Shown in pieces: positions 1-10,736 of a DNA stretch of 64,000 bases (the stretch's first letter is position 1; the number at the start of each line of letters is the position of its first letter). The translations under genes and the position numbers were made by a program. Below the pieces are notes generated by a model. It had not been told where the DNA came from and did no database searches. It worked only from the letters and a program-made list of their open reading frames with translations. Source of the stretch: Planctomycetota bacterium (GTDB taxonomy: Bacteria; Planctomycetota; B15-G4); NCBI GenBank assembly GCA_965248575.1, contig CBDFJQ010000002.1, positions 5,056,001 through 5,120,000 on the forward strand, given 5' to 3'.

Positions 1-1
1 C

Positions 2-100
2 ATGAACGACTTCTTCGACGGCCAGGTGGAGCACCTGCCCATGCTCGACCCCATGACCCGCGAGCCCATGCCGGAAGAGGACGAGTCGATCCAGCCCTAG
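2..100 (+). CDS. 3' end of a CDS truncated by the window edge (...MNDFFDGQVEHLPMLDPMTREPMPEEDESIQP*)
   Basis: Open frame with strong GC3 bias, ending in TAG at 98-100, 22 nt before the next gene. Confidence 0.6.
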   Translation: MNDFFDGQVEHLPMLDPMTREPMPEEDESIQP

Positions 101-122
101 TCCTTCTCACGGGACTCTGCCC

Positions 123-566
123 ATGACGCTGCCCTCTGCACCTGCCTCTCGCCCCACGACTGGGCGCGGGGCAGGTTCGTTTTATCGACGAACCCTGGCG
201 ACGCTCGTCGTCGCTGGCTTCCTCGGCCTGTCGTCCTGCGTCTCGACGACGCTCTATGACGTGCACGAAGACATGGCGAACCACCAGGGGGCGCCCATCG
301 ACTTCCAGGTCACGACGGTCGTCGGCATGCACTTCCTGTTCGACATCCTGCCGCTGTTCGGCAACGGCTCCCTCGACTACGGCATTCGTAGCTTCCAGGA
401 CGCTGCCCGGGAGCGGGGCGCGCTGACCATGCGGATCGCCGAGACCGAGACCACCGTGTACTGGTGGGTCTACCCTCCCATCTCCTTCGTCATCCCGGTG
501 GTTGTCAGCCGGGTGACGGGCGACGTGCAGTATCCCGAGTGGGCTGCGCTCGCTGCGCCCAACTAG
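123..566 (+). CDS. Hypothetical lipoprotein, weakly TRL-like
   Basis: Hydrophobic signal ending in lipobox LSSC; C-terminal pattern AARERGA...VTGDV resembles small TRL-type lipoproteins. Confidence 0.65.
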   Translation: MTLPSAPASRPTTGRGAGSFYRRTLATLVVAGFLGLSSCVSTTLYDVHEDMANHQGAPIDFQVTTVVGMHFLFDILPLFGNGSLDYGIRSFQDAARERGALTMRIAETETTVYWWVYPPISFVIPVVVSRVTGDVQYPEWAALAAPN

Positions 567-2404
567 GGCAGCTCGGCCTCGGTCAGTGCCTCGCCCGTCT
601 GGACGTCCCAGAGGCTCTTGTACTGGCCGCCTTGAGCTAGCAACTCTTCGTGGGTCCCGGATTCGGTCACCTGCCCCGCTGACAAGACCCAGATGCGCTG
701 GGCATGGCGAACGGTCGAGAGGCGGTGGGCGATCACCAGGGTGGTGCGCCCCACGGCGAGGCGTGCGAGGGAGCGCTGGATGGCGGCCTCGGTCTCGTTG
801 TCCACCGAGGAGGTGGCTTCGTCCAGGACCAGCAAGGGTGGATCCTTCAACACGGCCCGTGCGATGGACAGGCGCTGGCGCTGGCCGCCTGAGAGCTTCT
901 GCCCGCGCTCGCCGACGAGGGTGTCGTAGCCCAGGGGCAACGACTCGATGAAGGCGTGCGCCTCGGCGGTGCGCGCGGCTGCGATCACGTCGTCGCGGCT
1001 GGCGCCGCGCCGGCCATAGGCAATGTTCTCGAGCACGGTGCCGTGAAAGAGGTAGACGTCCTGGCTCACGAGGCCGATGGACTGCCGCAGGTCAGCCAGG
1101 CTGAGTTGGCGCACGTCCACACCGTCCAGGGTGATGCGACCGCCGGTCACGTCGTAGAACCGCAGGAGCAGTTTGATGACGGTTGTCTTCCCGGAGCCGG
1201 TGGCACCGACGATGGCCGTCGTCTCGCCCCGGCGAATCTGGAGATCCAGCGTGCGGAGGGTCGGTGGCAGCAAGCGCCCAGCCGTGGTGTAGCTGAACTC
1301 CACCTGCTCGAAGGCGACCTCTGGACGAACCCGTTGACGGACATGTTGATGAACAGTGGGACGCACGGGAGCCTCAGGCTCCGCAGCGGCACCGGCCCCA
1401 TCCACGATGCTGGGTTGGGTGTCCAGCAAATCGAGGATGCGCGTGGTGGATGCCATCGCGCGTTGGTAGAGATCGAAGGTCTCACCGAGCCGCGTGAGCG
1501 GCCACAGGAGTCGCTGAACGAGGAAGACCATCACCGAATACGCGCCCACGTCGAGCGAGCCCTCGAGGGCCAGGAGGCCGCCCTGGACCAGCATGGCGGT
1601 GAAGCCGGCCACGATGATCATGCGGATCAGGGGCGAGAAGGCGGAGCTCAGGCGGATGGCCTTGCGGTTGGCTTCCCGGTACTGCTGGCTCGTCTGGTCG
1701 AGCCGCTGGGTTTCGTGAGCCTCGGCGGTGAAGCTCTTGATCGTGGCGATACCGCCCAGGTTGTTGGCGAGCTGGTGGTTCAGCAGGCCCACCTGTTCGC
1801 GCACGGCGGCGTAGCGCGGTGCGAGCAGGCGCTGGTAGCGGATCGAGCCCCAGAGGATGAAGGGCATGGGCGCGACGCCCATCCAGGCCACGGAGGGCTC
1901 CAAGGCGAAGAACAGGCTGCCGATGACCAGCACCGTCGTGCCGACCTGCAGCAGCTCGTGGGCGCCGTTGTCGAGGAAACGCTCCAGCTGGTTCACATCG
2001 TCATTGAGAACCGCCATCAGGCCGCCGGTGCTGCGGTCCTCGAACCAGGCCATCTCCAGGTCCTGGACGTGTTGATAGGCCTCGATGCGCAAGTCGTGTT
2101 GCACGCTCTGGGCCAGGTTGCGCCACGCCACCTTGGCCAGGTACTCCGAGATGGATTCGATGACCCAGATCAGGACCGTGAGCGCGCCGAGGATGAGCAA
2201 CTGGGTCTTGGGGTCCGCGACGCCCAGGGCACCGAACCAGGAGTTCTCCCGGTCCACGACGATGCTCACGGACGCGCCGATCAGGAGCGGTGGCGCGAGG
2301 TCAAAGACCTTGTTGGTGATGGACCAGAGGGCGGCGCCGCGGACCGTCCGGCGCCGGGACCGCACCGCATGCAGCAGCCGTTTGAGTGGGGCGTGTTGCG
2401 TCAC
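563..2404 (-). CDS. ABC exporter, fused permease/ATPase (MsbA/MdlB family)
   Basis: N-terminal transmembrane domain, Walker [10 protein letters not shown], signature LSGGQRQR, Walker B VLDEATS. Confidence 0.95.
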   Translation of the reverse strand: MTQHAPLKRLLHAVRSRRRTVRGAALWSITNKVFDLAPPLLIGASVSIVVDRENSWFGALGVADPKTQLLILGALTVLIWVIESISEYLAKVAWRNLAQSVQHDLRIEAYQHVQDLEMAWFEDRSTGGLMAVLNDDVNQLERFLDNGAHELLQVGTTVLVIGSLFFALEPSVAWMGVAPMPFILWGSIRYQRLLAPRYAAVREQVGLLNHQLANNLGGIATIKSFTAEAHETQRLDQTSQQYREANRKAIRLSSAFSPLIRMIIVAGFTAMLVQGGLLALEGSLDVGAYSVMVFLVQRLLWPLTRLGETFDLYQRAMASTTRILDLLDTQPSIVDGAGAAAEPEAPVRPTVHQHVRQRVRPEVAFEQVEFSYTTAGRLLPPTLRTLDLQIRRGETTAIVGATGSGKTTVIKLLLRFYDVTGGRITLDGVDVRQLSLADLRQSIGLVSQDVYLFHGTVLENIAYGRRGASRDDVIAAARTAEAHAFIESLPLGYDTLVGERGQKLSGGQRQRLSIARAVLKDPPLLVLDEATSSVDNETEAAIQRSLARLAVGRTTLVIAHRLSTVRHAQRIWVLSAGQVTESGTHEELLAQGGQYKSLWDVQTGEALTEAELP

Positions 2405-3676
2405 TTACTCGTGTCGAAGGGCTTCCACGGGATCCATGGCTGCGGCGCGCCAGGCGGGGTAGATCCCGAACAGCACGCCGGTCCCCGAGGAGATCACGAA
2501 GGCCAGGATGGGGGCGCCGGGCGTCACGATGGTGACCATGTCGGCGAAGTGCTCCACGGCCAGGGGGATGGTCACCCCCAAGGCGACGCCCATCAGGCCA
2601 CCCCCGACGGACAGGCAGACCGTCTCCACCAGGAACTGCGTCACGATGTCGCGCCGCTTGGCACCGAGCGCGCGGCGGATGCCGATCTCCCGGGTGCGTT
2701 CGGTGACGGTGGCCAGCATGACGTTCATGATGCCGATACCGCCCACCAACAGGCTGATTCCGGCGATGGAGCCCAAGACGATGTTGAAGATGCGCTTGGT
2801 CTCTTCGGCGCGGGCCAGGAGTTCCAGGGGCACCACGACCTCGTAGTCCCGGTTCTTGTGGAAGCGTCCGAGCATCTCGCGTGAGGCGGCGGCCACGAGC
2901 GGCACGCCCTCGGCGTTCTGGACCTCGATCACGACCTCGTGCAGGTCGACCTGCTCCATGTCGCGGCTGCCTGCGCGGCGCTTGACCTGGAGCTTTCCAA
3001 ACCACTCGCGAGCCGTTTGGAAGGGGATGTACATCTCGCCCGTGACTTCGCCTCCGACGGGCAATCCTTCGCTACCCAGCGGGATGCGGGGTGCCAAGGT
3101 TCCGACCACCTGAAAGTAGTCGCTGCCCACCTTGACTCGCTGGCCCAGGGGCGACTCGAAGGGGAACAAGTAGCGCGCCACCTCGGTGCCCAGCACGCAG
3201 ACGTTGGACTGGCTCAGCTCATCTTGCTCGGAGAGGAAGCGTCCCTCCCAGATAAGACGCCCGGTGACGTCCTGGTACAGCGGCTGGGTGGCCAGCACGC
3301 GGGGGCTGAGGACCCGCTCACCGAAGCGCACTTCCTGTTGAATCATGCGGATGGGGACGACCCGTCCGACGCCAGGGAAGGTGTCGCGGATGCGCGCCAG
3401 GTCCGCGTCGGTGATGCCGTACGTGATGACGCGCGAGCTGCTGTTGGAGTTGACGTCGTCCGGCGGCTTCACGCTGCGCAGGATCACGTTTTGGCTGCCG
3501 AGCTGCTTGATCTGCTCTTGCGCTTCGTAGCTGGCGCCCTCGCCGATGGCCAGCATGGAGATGACGCTGCTGGTTCCGAAGAGCACGCCGAGCGTGGTGA
3601 GCAAGCTGCGCAGCTTGTGCAGCATGAGGCTGTTCACACCGGTGCGGATGGTGCGCAGTGCCTGGTTGCGGATCAT
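2405..3676 (-). CDS. MacB/FtsX-family ABC transporter permease
   Basis: RSLLTTLGVLFG N-terminus; GGIGIMNVMLATVTERTREIGIRRALGA; PAWRAAAMDPVEALRHE C-terminus. Confidence 0.95.
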   Translation of the reverse strand: MIRNQALRTIRTGVNSLMLHKLRSLLTTLGVLFGTSSVISMLAIGEGASYEAQEQIKQLGSQNVILRSVKPPDDVNSNSSSRVITYGITDADLARIRDTFPGVGRVVPIRMIQQEVRFGERVLSPRVLATQPLYQDVTGRLIWEGRFLSEQDELSQSNVCVLGTEVARYLFPFESPLGQRVKVGSDYFQVVGTLAPRIPLGSEGLPVGGEVTGEMYIPFQTAREWFGKLQVKRRAGSRDMEQVDLHEVVIEVQNAEGVPLVAAASREMLGRFHKNRDYEVVVPLELLARAEETKRIFNIVLGSIAGISLLVGGIGIMNVMLATVTERTREIGIRRALGAKRRDIVTQFLVETVCLSVGGGLMGVALGVTIPLAVEHFADMVTIVTPGAPILAFVISSGTGVLFGIYPAWRAAAMDPVEALRHE

Positions 3677-4383
3677 GCGCTGGCCCCTCGGCGCACTTGC
3701 TCTCGCATCTCCTCGATGCGTCCGTCGCGCATGCGCAAGACATGGCTCGCGCGCTCAGCGACGTGGGCTTCATGCGTCACGAAGACGATGGTCTTGCCCT
3801 CAGCGGAGAGCTCGTCGAAGAGATCGAGGATCTCCTTGGCGGTCTGGCTGTCGAGGTTTCCGGTGGCTTCATCCGCGAGGATCAATTCAGGGTCGTTCAC
3901 CAGGGCGCGGGCGATGGCGACGCGCTGCTGTTGGCCGCCAGACAACTCGGTGGGGCGGTGGTCGAGGCGGCTGGTCAAGCCCATGCGGTCTGCGAGCATG
4001 TGCGCCCGCTGGAGGTCCTCGTCGCCCCAATCATCCTGGTAGAAGAGTGGCACCATGATGTTGTCGAGCACGTCCAACTGAGGGATCAGGTTGTACGACT
4101 GGAAGATGAACCCGAGCTTCCGGGAGCGGAGCTCGCTCAGCTCGTCGTCATCAAGGGTGTTCACGTTGCGGCCTGCCAGGATGTAGTCGCCGCTCGTCGG
4201 GCGGTCGAGGCAGCCCAGGACGTTCAACAGCGTGGACTTGCCGCTCCCGGAGGCGCCCATGATGGACCAGTACTGGCCGCGCTGGATGGAGAAGCTGAGC
4301 CCATCCAGGGCACGCACTTCCTGAGAGCCCATTCGGTAGACGCGCTCGACTTCGTCGAGCTCCGCCACAGCCGGTTCCGCCAC
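3673..4383 (-). CDS. ABC ATP-binding protein (LolD/MacB type)
   Basis: GASGSGKST, LSGGQQQRV, ILADEATGNLD. GTG start at 4383 sits just after the upstream stop; the ORF-track extension to 4671 overlaps the MFP gene. Confidence 0.93.
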   Translation of the reverse strand: MAEPAVAELDEVERVYRMGSQEVRALDGLSFSIQRGQYWSIMGASGSGKSTLLNVLGCLDRPTSGDYILAGRNVNTLDDDELSELRSRKLGFIFQSYNLIPQLDVLDNIMVPLFYQDDWGDEDLQRAHMLADRMGLTSRLDHRPTELSGGQQQRVAIARALVNDPELILADEATGNLDSQTAKEILDLFDELSAEGKTIVFVTHEAHVAERASHVLRMRDGRIEEMREQVRRGASA

Positions 4384-4384
4384 G

Positions 4385-6094
4385 TCAGTCGTTTCCGGTC
4401 TGGGCCGATGTGGACGGTTTGCCCGCAGCGCTGTGGAGTCCGCCACCCGGCACGCTTGCCTCGTGCTCCGTGCCGCTTGGAGTGCCTCCGCCCGCCTGCC
4501 CGTCCTTTGGCTTGTCACCCTTGGTCTTGTCACCCTTGGGCCGCTCGCCCGTGGGCTCGTCGCCCTGGCCCCTCTCAACGGGAGCGCCCTGCGCGGCCTC
4601 GTCTCGGCTCCTGCCTTCTTTGGCCGGCTCGAGCGAGAGGTTGGCGGGCACCGCGAGCAGGACCGTCTCACCGGCTTCGAGGCCCGAACGGATCTCGACC
4701 CACTTGCCGTTGTTCTGTCCTACCTCCACGGAGCGCTTCTCGGGGTCGCCGTTGCCGCGGTTCACGAGGCAGATCGTCTTGCCTGCATCGAGGAACACGG
4801 CCTGGACCGGCACATAGATCACGTCCTTGAGCTCGTCCACGAGGATCTCGATGCTGCAGGACATGCCCGGCCGGATGCGCGGCTCGGAGGCGAGGATCTG
4901 GATCGTGGTGCGGTAGACGCGGAGGTCAGGGTTCATCCAGCGCGACTGCTGGTCTGGCAGCGGGGCCTTGAAGATGACCTCGCCGGGCAGCGTCTTACCC
5001 AGGGCGTCGACGGTCACGAGGCAGGACATGCCCGTCGTGACCTTCTCCAAGATCGATTCGTGCAGGCTCGCCTCGGCGATGAAACCGTCCGAGTTGGGAA
5101 TGGTGATGATCGCCTGGCGCTCGCGGACCTGGCTTCCCTCTTGCATGGGCTCGCCTTCGTCCCATCGACTCCGGCTGTCCACTGCGTAGACCACCATGCC
5201 AGCCACGGGGGCTTCGATGCGTGCCTTGCCGATCTGGGAAATCATCTTGTCGAGTTCATTGCTCTCCAGCTCGAACTTGGCCTCCGCGGTCCGTACATCC
5301 ACCTCGAAGTCCGCGATGCGTGCCTTGGCCTGAAGGGTGACCCGCTCGAGTTCGCGATCCATCTCTTCGACCCCGGCTTCGAGTTCCTTGGTGCTGCGGG
5401 GGATCTCGTAGTTGTCGAAGAGCTCCTTGGCGCGCTCTGCTTGCTTGAGCATCACCGTTGACCGGGTCTCCGCGAAGCGGTCGGCATCCAGCTCGGCCTG
5501 CTCCAGGAAACCGCGGGAGTGGAGCTCCTCGGACCACTTGAGATCCTGCTGTGCGCGGGTCAGCTCCTCACTGGCCAAGAGGATCGCTTCGTCCTTGCTC
5601 TGAAGCTCCTGGGGCATGTCGCCCTCGATGTACTTCTCCAGGTCGATCAGGGCGAACTCGGCCTTGCGCTTGGCGTTGGCGATGTCGCTTTCGTTCTGGC
5701 TGAGCTGGATGGCGTGGTTCTGTTGGGCCTTGGTCAGGGTGGCCTCGGAGTTCTGGACCTGGATCTCCTGTTGCACGCGCCGCTCCACGAGGTCGGAGGT
5801 GTCGAGTTCGACCAGCAGGTCGCCTTCCTCGACGTAGATCCCCTCCTCCACGAGCCAGAGCACCGTGGTCTGCCCTTCGATCTCGCACTTGAGCGTCTCG
5901 CTATCGGCGGCTTCGAGGTTGCCTCGCTCGACAACGCTGATGCGCAGGTCGCCCCGCTCCACCTTGGCGCCCGCAATCATGTTCTCGGAGCCATCGTCCG
6001 AGGGGGAAAAGACGCCCAGGCCCCAGGCGGCGCCAACCGCCACGAGCGCTAGGCCCACCAGGCCCAAGGAGTTCGATTTACGCTTCTTCGTCAT
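4385..6094 (-). CDS. Efflux periplasmic adaptor (MacA/HlyD-type membrane fusion protein) with long coiled coil
   Basis: N-terminal anchor, lipoyl half-motifs (VEEGDLLVELD; IEAPVAGMV), RPGMS, VEIRSGLEAGETV. Confidence 0.9.
   Translation of the reverse strand: MTKKRKSNSLGLVGLALVAVGAAWGLGVFSPSDDGSENMIAGAKVERGDLRISVVERGNLEAADSETLKCEIEGQTTVLWLVEEGIYVEEGDLLVELDTSDLVERRVQQEIQVQNSEATLTKAQQNHAIQLSQNESDIANAKRKAEFALIDLEKYIEGDMPQELQSKDEAILLASEELTRAQQDLKWSEELHSRGFLEQAELDADRFAETRSTVMLKQAERAKELFDNYEIPRSTKELEAGVEEMDRELERVTLQAKARIADFEVDVRTAEAKFELESNELDKMISQIGKARIEAPVAGMVVYAVDSRSRWDEGEPMQEGSQVRERQAIITIPNSDGFIAEASLHESILEKVTTGMSCLVTVDALGKTLPGEVIFKAPLPDQQSRWMNPDLRVYRTTIQILASEPRIRPGMSCSIEILVDELKDVIYVPVQAVFLDAGKTICLVNRGNGDPEKRSVEVGQNNGKWVEIRSGLEAGETVLLAVPANLSLEPAKEGRSRDEAAQGAPVERGQGDEPTGERPKGDKTKGDKPKDGQAGGGTPSGTEHEASVPGGGLHSAAGKPSTSAQTGND
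4511..4540. repeat. 15-bp tandem repeat x2 (encodes PKGDK/TKGDK in the MFP low-complexity tail)
   Basis: cttgtcacccttggt followed by cttgtcacccttggg. Confidence 0.7.
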
Positions 6095-7791
6095 GGGGTC
6101 GGTGCTTCCATGGAGGCGAGGACGGGTGCGGTGTCGACGCTGATGCCCTCGGGTGTCACCTCAAGCAATTCCATGTCGCGGTAGAGCGCGAGCCCGGAAA
6201 GGATGTAGGCAGTGAGCGCGCTGGTGAGGGCGTTGCGCGCTAGAACAAGGCTCTCCTGGGAATCGAGCACGTCGCGCGTGTCAGTGCGGCCGGCTTCGAG
6301 GCTCAGGTTGGTGCTTTCGACGCGCCGCTCGGCCAACTCCACGGCGCGCTTCTGGATTTCGTGCGTCTCCCGAGCAGCTGCCAGGGTGCGGAGCTGCTGC
6401 CGGAGGTCTGCCACGATGCGATCGCTGAGTTCGTCGGCGTCCCGCTGCAGTTGCGTGAGCCGGACGAGGCTCGCGCGGTAGGCGTTGCGCTCAGGCAGGC
6501 GGTCGATGGCGAAGTCGAAGCCCAGGCCCACCTGCCAGTTCACGTCTTCGCCGCTGAATCGCTCCGGCGCATTGTTCTCGGTCTGGAGCGAGGCGTTGAC
6601 GCCGAACTCCAGCCCGTTGCGAAGGGCGTCCTCCGCGATGGTCACCCGGCGTTGAGCATCCTCCACCTGTTCCCGCGCGGTGCGGAAGTCGAAACGTCGA
6701 TCCAGGGCCAGGGCGATCACGACGTCTTCGGGCGGGTCCAGGGTGAGCCAGCCCCAGGTCTCCAGCGACAAGTACTCCGCTGGGTTGAGGGGGAGCTGCA
6801 CGTGGATGGGGAGGCCTAGCAGGAACTTGAAGTCGTCGTAGTCCGTCTCGAGCGACGCCCGCTCGGTGAGCAGGCGGTTGCGCGATTGCAGCTCGTCCTG
6901 GCGCGCCTGGTCCACCTGGATCTCGTTGAGCCGGCCGGCCTCAGCGAAGGACTCGTTGCGCGAGCGCAGGCTCTGCAGGCCGCGGAAGTTCTCCTCCTGG
7001 TTCTGGACGGTGTCCATCTGGCGCAGCACGCCGAAGTAACGTTGGATGACGTCGAAGGCGAAGGTGCGACGAAAGCGCTCGAACTCGCGCGCTTCGTAGA
7101 GCACGTTGCGCTCGGCCTGCGTCAGGGGTTCCAGGACAATGTCGGCGCCGGAGCCGCGCAGCAGAGGTTGGGTGATGGACAGGGTGGCCTGGGTGAACTC
7201 CTGCCAGGCTCGGTCCGTGGTCCCGGTGTTCGTCAGACTGACCGAGCGCAGCGCCAGGCTTCCCACCACCTGCAGGCCGGAGCCGAAGACCTTGGCCCAG
7301 CTCCAGATGGCCCCCGCCTGGCGGTCATCGCTGGCATCGTCGCTGCCGGAGGTGCTCGCGTCGGCCGAGGCCGTCTCGGTGACGGAGAAGTTCCAGCGCT
7401 GGAGGGTCAGGTCCAGGGCGGTGAGGTAGAGGGCCTCCCGCTGCTCGCGATACTGGCGGCTGTTCTCGGCCGCGATGATCAGCGCGTCCTGCAGGTCCAC
7501 CGCTAGGGTCTGCTCCCCGTTCATCAAGCGCGTGCGTAGGGTGTCGGTGGCCTCGTCCAGCGTGAAGGGATCCACGGCGGACAGCTGCTGCCTGCGCTCC
7601 GAGATGATGTCGTAGACCTCTCGATCGGCCTCGGCGCGATGCTGCTCGGGCGCCTTGCAGGCGGCCGCAGAGACGGCCAGGCACAGGGCGGCCCCTAGCC
7701 AGCGGCCCCTGGTCGTGAACTCGGTTTGGCCCCGTGCGGGGCCCAGGGTACGGCCCAGTCCTTGGTCGGGCCGGCTGGTGGGAGAGGTCAT
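6091..7791 (-). CDS. TolC-family outer membrane efflux lipoprotein
   Basis: Lipobox AAAC, ITQPLLRG, two helical repeats ending AGRLNEIQVDQA and AGRTDTRDVLDSQ; ATGA overlap with the MFP gene. Confidence 0.9.
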   Translation of the reverse strand: MTSPTSRPDQGLGRTLGPARGQTEFTTRGRWLGAALCLAVSAAACKAPEQHRAEADREVYDIISERRQQLSAVDPFTLDEATDTLRTRLMNGEQTLAVDLQDALIIAAENSRQYREQREALYLTALDLTLQRWNFSVTETASADASTSGSDDASDDRQAGAIWSWAKVFGSGLQVVGSLALRSVSLTNTGTTDRAWQEFTQATLSITQPLLRGSGADIVLEPLTQAERNVLYEAREFERFRRTFAFDVIQRYFGVLRQMDTVQNQEENFRGLQSLRSRNESFAEAGRLNEIQVDQARQDELQSRNRLLTERASLETDYDDFKFLLGLPIHVQLPLNPAEYLSLETWGWLTLDPPEDVVIALALDRRFDFRTAREQVEDAQRRVTIAEDALRNGLEFGVNASLQTENNAPERFSGEDVNWQVGLGFDFAIDRLPERNAYRASLVRLTQLQRDADELSDRIVADLRQQLRTLAAARETHEIQKRAVELAERRVESTNLSLEAGRTDTRDVLDSQESLVLARNALTSALTAYILSGLALYRDMELLEVTPEGISVDTAPVLASMEAPTP

Positions 7792-8041
7792 GCAAGCACC
7801 CAAAGTGGGTCGGGAGAGAGAATCGCCCAGGATAGCAGGGCTGCGTCGCCCATGTCCTTAGCCGTCCTTCGCTGATCGTCGCTGCCTGGATGCAGAGGGG
7901 CTCCAGTTCTCTGAAGCGTCATGCGCTGAATCCTGTGGCAGACTTTCCTGAGACGTCGCCGGGTGGGCGCAGAGGTCCCTTGCCGTGGATCTGCCAGCCG
8001 GTTGCGGGGTTTCAACAGCTTGTGTGCTCTTGGAGTTTGCC

Positions 8042-9916
8042 ATGCGTTCCTTCCTTCCCCGTCTTGGTATCGGGCTGGTCGCCTGCGTGCTGCTTGGTCT
8101 CCCTCAGCTCTCCGCCCAGCTCGGTGCCTCTCCTGTCACGAGCCCCGGCCAGACAGCGCCTTTGTTGCAGAGCAGGGAGCAGATTCTGCAGGAGGTCGCC
8201 TACCGCTTCGGCCAGGGGGGCGAGCAATCCCTGCTGCCATCCCTGGTGCCCGCCCATGTCTCCGTCCACGAACGCTGCCTGCGACCGCTGCTCACCCGTG
8301 TTCGCGATTCGGTGGCTGCCTTCAGCGGCCCTGAGCTGACATGGTTGCGATCCCAGAGCACCCATGTGGCCCAGGCGGTCGACAACGGGCTGCGCTGGGC
8401 CGCCGGCGGCTCAGGAGTGCAGGAAGCTACATCAGGACTGCCTGACTACCCCGGTGTGACCGACACCCTGGTGGGCAAGGACTGCGTCGTGCATTACACG
8501 CTGGCCGGTGTCCACGCGAGCCCCGACATCCCCTACGTCAAGGCCGTGCAGAAGGAAGTGGATGCCGCCTTGAAGAAGATGACCAAGGCCATGCGCCGCC
8601 CGTACTACGAACCGGATCGCGACGGCGTGGACAAGCTGCACGTCTTCCTGGTCGACATCGACCTGGACCCGGACGTCGAGGAAGCCTTGGGTTTCGTGCT
8701 CGGCGTCTCGCCCGTGCCCGGCGCACCCTTCGACAAGGCCGAGACGGTGTACATGGTCTTGGACACCGGCTTGCGCGACTACGCCAGCAGCGTGAACCAG
8801 AACTGGAAGAAGGTCGTCAAGGCCACGGCCTACCACGAGGCCATGCACTGCGTTCAGAGCGCCTACAACTCGTTCATCAGTTCCTGGGCGGTGGAGGGGC
8901 AAGCGACGTGGGCCGAGCTGGCCTACGGGAAGGTGATCGACTCCCTCGCCGCCTACCTCGCGAACCCCATGAGCATCGTGAACATGCCGGAGCTTCCGCT
9001 CTGGGATGACTCGATCCACAAGTACAGCCTCGCGCCCCTGTTCGCCTATCTGGAGTTCCGGATGGGCAAGGGTGCCAACTTGACGTTCTTGGAGGAGAGC
9101 CCGCCGGTCAACGACGGCTTCCAGCTCATCGAGCTCGTGCTCATCCAGGACTTCGTGTTCTTCGATGAGTTCTATTCCGGCTACCTGGCGCGGCTGTACT
9201 CCAAGACCATCAAGGGCATCAAGAAGAACAAGATCCCGGACATGGCCGTGAAGGAGCAAGTCGCCAGCTATGGCTTCAAGACGCAGGACTCGGTGTTGAA
9301 GACCGGTGTGCACGTCTACAAGCTCGGCGTGCCGGCGGGCCTGAAGACGGACCTGCTCTACTCCCGGGTCTCGAATGCACCGACGGAGGGGGATGACTTC
9401 GCTCCGGAAGGCGTTCTGCTGCACGGAAAGGGCAAGCGCCTGCAATTGTTCACCAACTTCTGGGACGTGGTGAATGGCTTCAAGGGCAAGTCAGGCGCCG
9501 TGCTGATGGTGACGGACACGGACGTCGACTTCCCCTCCCTGACGCCGACGCCCTACCAAGCCGAGGTGTTCGCGCCGCATATCGATGTGCGGAACGTGAC
9601 CAATGATTCGCCCATCCAGCAGGGGGGCCTGGCCACCATCACCTTCACCTATGACCTGCTAGGTGTTCCTGACGGGCCGACCTTCCCGGTGATCTTGTAT
9701 CGCTCCGTCAAGGGCCCCGGTGTGAAGTTCGAGTTCAACTCCTTCTTCAACTGGGAGCCGGGTGTCGGGAAGCAGGCAGAGATCACCTTCCAGCCGCCCA
9801 TGAGTACGAGCGGTACCTACAAGTTCAAGTTCACGGCGAAGACGCCGCCTGACAGCTTCGGCGGCGGGCACATGAAGTCCAAGGCCAGCACCAAGGTCAA
9901 GGTGAACAAGAACTAG
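8042..9916 (+). CDS. Secreted HEXXH zinc metallopeptidase-like protein with C-terminal beta-sandwich domains
   Basis: Signal peptide; ATAYHEAMHCVQ followed by WAVEGQATWAE (gluzincin-type third ligand). Confidence 0.8.
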   Translation: MRSFLPRLGIGLVACVLLGLPQLSAQLGASPVTSPGQTAPLLQSREQILQEVAYRFGQGGEQSLLPSLVPAHVSVHERCLRPLLTRVRDSVAAFSGPELTWLRSQSTHVAQAVDNGLRWAAGGSGVQEATSGLPDYPGVTDTLVGKDCVVHYTLAGVHASPDIPYVKAVQKEVDAALKKMTKAMRRPYYEPDRDGVDKLHVFLVDIDLDPDVEEALGFVLGVSPVPGAPFDKAETVYMVLDTGLRDYASSVNQNWKKVVKATAYHEAMHCVQSAYNSFISSWAVEGQATWAELAYGKVIDSLAAYLANPMSIVNMPELPLWDDSIHKYSLAPLFAYLEFRMGKGANLTFLEESPPVNDGFQLIELVLIQDFVFFDEFYSGYLARLYSKTIKGIKKNKIPDMAVKEQVASYGFKTQDSVLKTGVHVYKLGVPAGLKTDLLYSRVSNAPTEGDDFAPEGVLLHGKGKRLQLFTNFWDVVNGFKGKSGAVLMVTDTDVDFPSLTPTPYQAEVFAPHIDVRNVTNDSPIQQGGLATITFTYDLLGVPDGPTFPVILYRSVKGPGVKFEFNSFFNWEPGVGKQAEITFQPPMSTSGTYKFKFTAKTPPDSFGGGHMKSKASTKVKVNKN

Positions 9917-9971
9917 GGACACCCGCTAGACTCTGTCGCTTCCCGTATCCCTGTTCTCGCTGGAACTCCGC

Positions 9972-10736
9972 ATGTCGTTGCCCTCGCTGTTGTGCATCGC
10001 CTTCGTGGCCCTGTTGTCGCCTGTGTCTGCCCAGGACGTGGACGTGCGTGCAGAGTTCGTGCGTCTTGCCGCGGAAGCGAACGAAGCAGAGGTGCGTGCT
10101 CTGTGGGCCGCGCATCCGGGGCGCATCCTGGTCAGCATCGACGAGGACCTGGAAGGCAGCTTGTCCACTTGGGAAGCGTCACCAGAGGCTCCTGACGAGG
10201 CGGCTATCGCGACCCAGCACGAGCGGGCGCTGTGGGGCGCCCGGCTGGCGACGGAGGTGACGGGGCTCGGAATCTTCATCGACTACACGAGCGCCTTCGT
10301 GGGCTGGGACGCTGATCAGAAGCGTTCCTTCCGCGCAGGCCAGGCAGCCTTCGGGCGGGCGCGGCAGGCCATGGGGGAGGGAGATTGGCAGGCAGCCCTG
10401 GACGCTGGGCGGGAGTGCACTGAACGCGCCTTGCCCCTGGGAGACTGGTGGGGCAGCGCCATGGGGCTCTCTGTCGAGGCTCGCGCCCTGCTCGCGCTCG
10501 AGCAGCCCGAGGCGGCCTTGGCCGCTGCCAGTCGCAGCCGGTTGCTCTACCAGCAGCTGGGCTTGGGCGGCTCGGAGTTGGGTGCCTTGGACGGCATGCT
10601 GTCAGCCTTGGAGGTCCTGGGTCGGACATCCCGGGCCCTGAGTTGTGCGGACTCCGCCATCTCCCTGGCCGAGCGGGTGGCCGACGCCGAGCGGGTGGCT
10701 ACTTTCGTTGCGCGGCGGGATGCGTTGCGTCGCTGA
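9972..10736 (+). CDS. Secreted helical (TPR-like) hypothetical protein
   Basis: Signal peptide ending VSA-Q; Ala-rich amphipathic helical repeats. Confidence 0.7.
   Translation: MSLPSLLCIAFVALLSPVSAQDVDVRAEFVRLAAEANEAEVRALWAAHPGRILVSIDEDLEGSLSTWEASPEAPDEAAIATQHERALWGARLATEVTGLGIFIDYTSAFVGWDADQKRSFRAGQAAFGRARQAMGEGDWQAALDAGRECTERALPLGDWWGSAMGLSVEARALLALEQPEAALAAASRSRLLYQQLGLGGSELGALDGMLSALEVLGRTSRALSCADSAISLAERVADAERVATFVARRDALRR

Noticed and set aside
956..2884. 642-aa plus-strand ORF, and similar long ORFs such as 13024-14916, 27559-28938, 33949-35397, 46637-47917, 47911-49722, 51170-52423 and 60816-62333
   Set aside because: Antisense shadows of well-supported genes. Stop codons are rare in high-GC DNA and the translations have no recognisable motifs.
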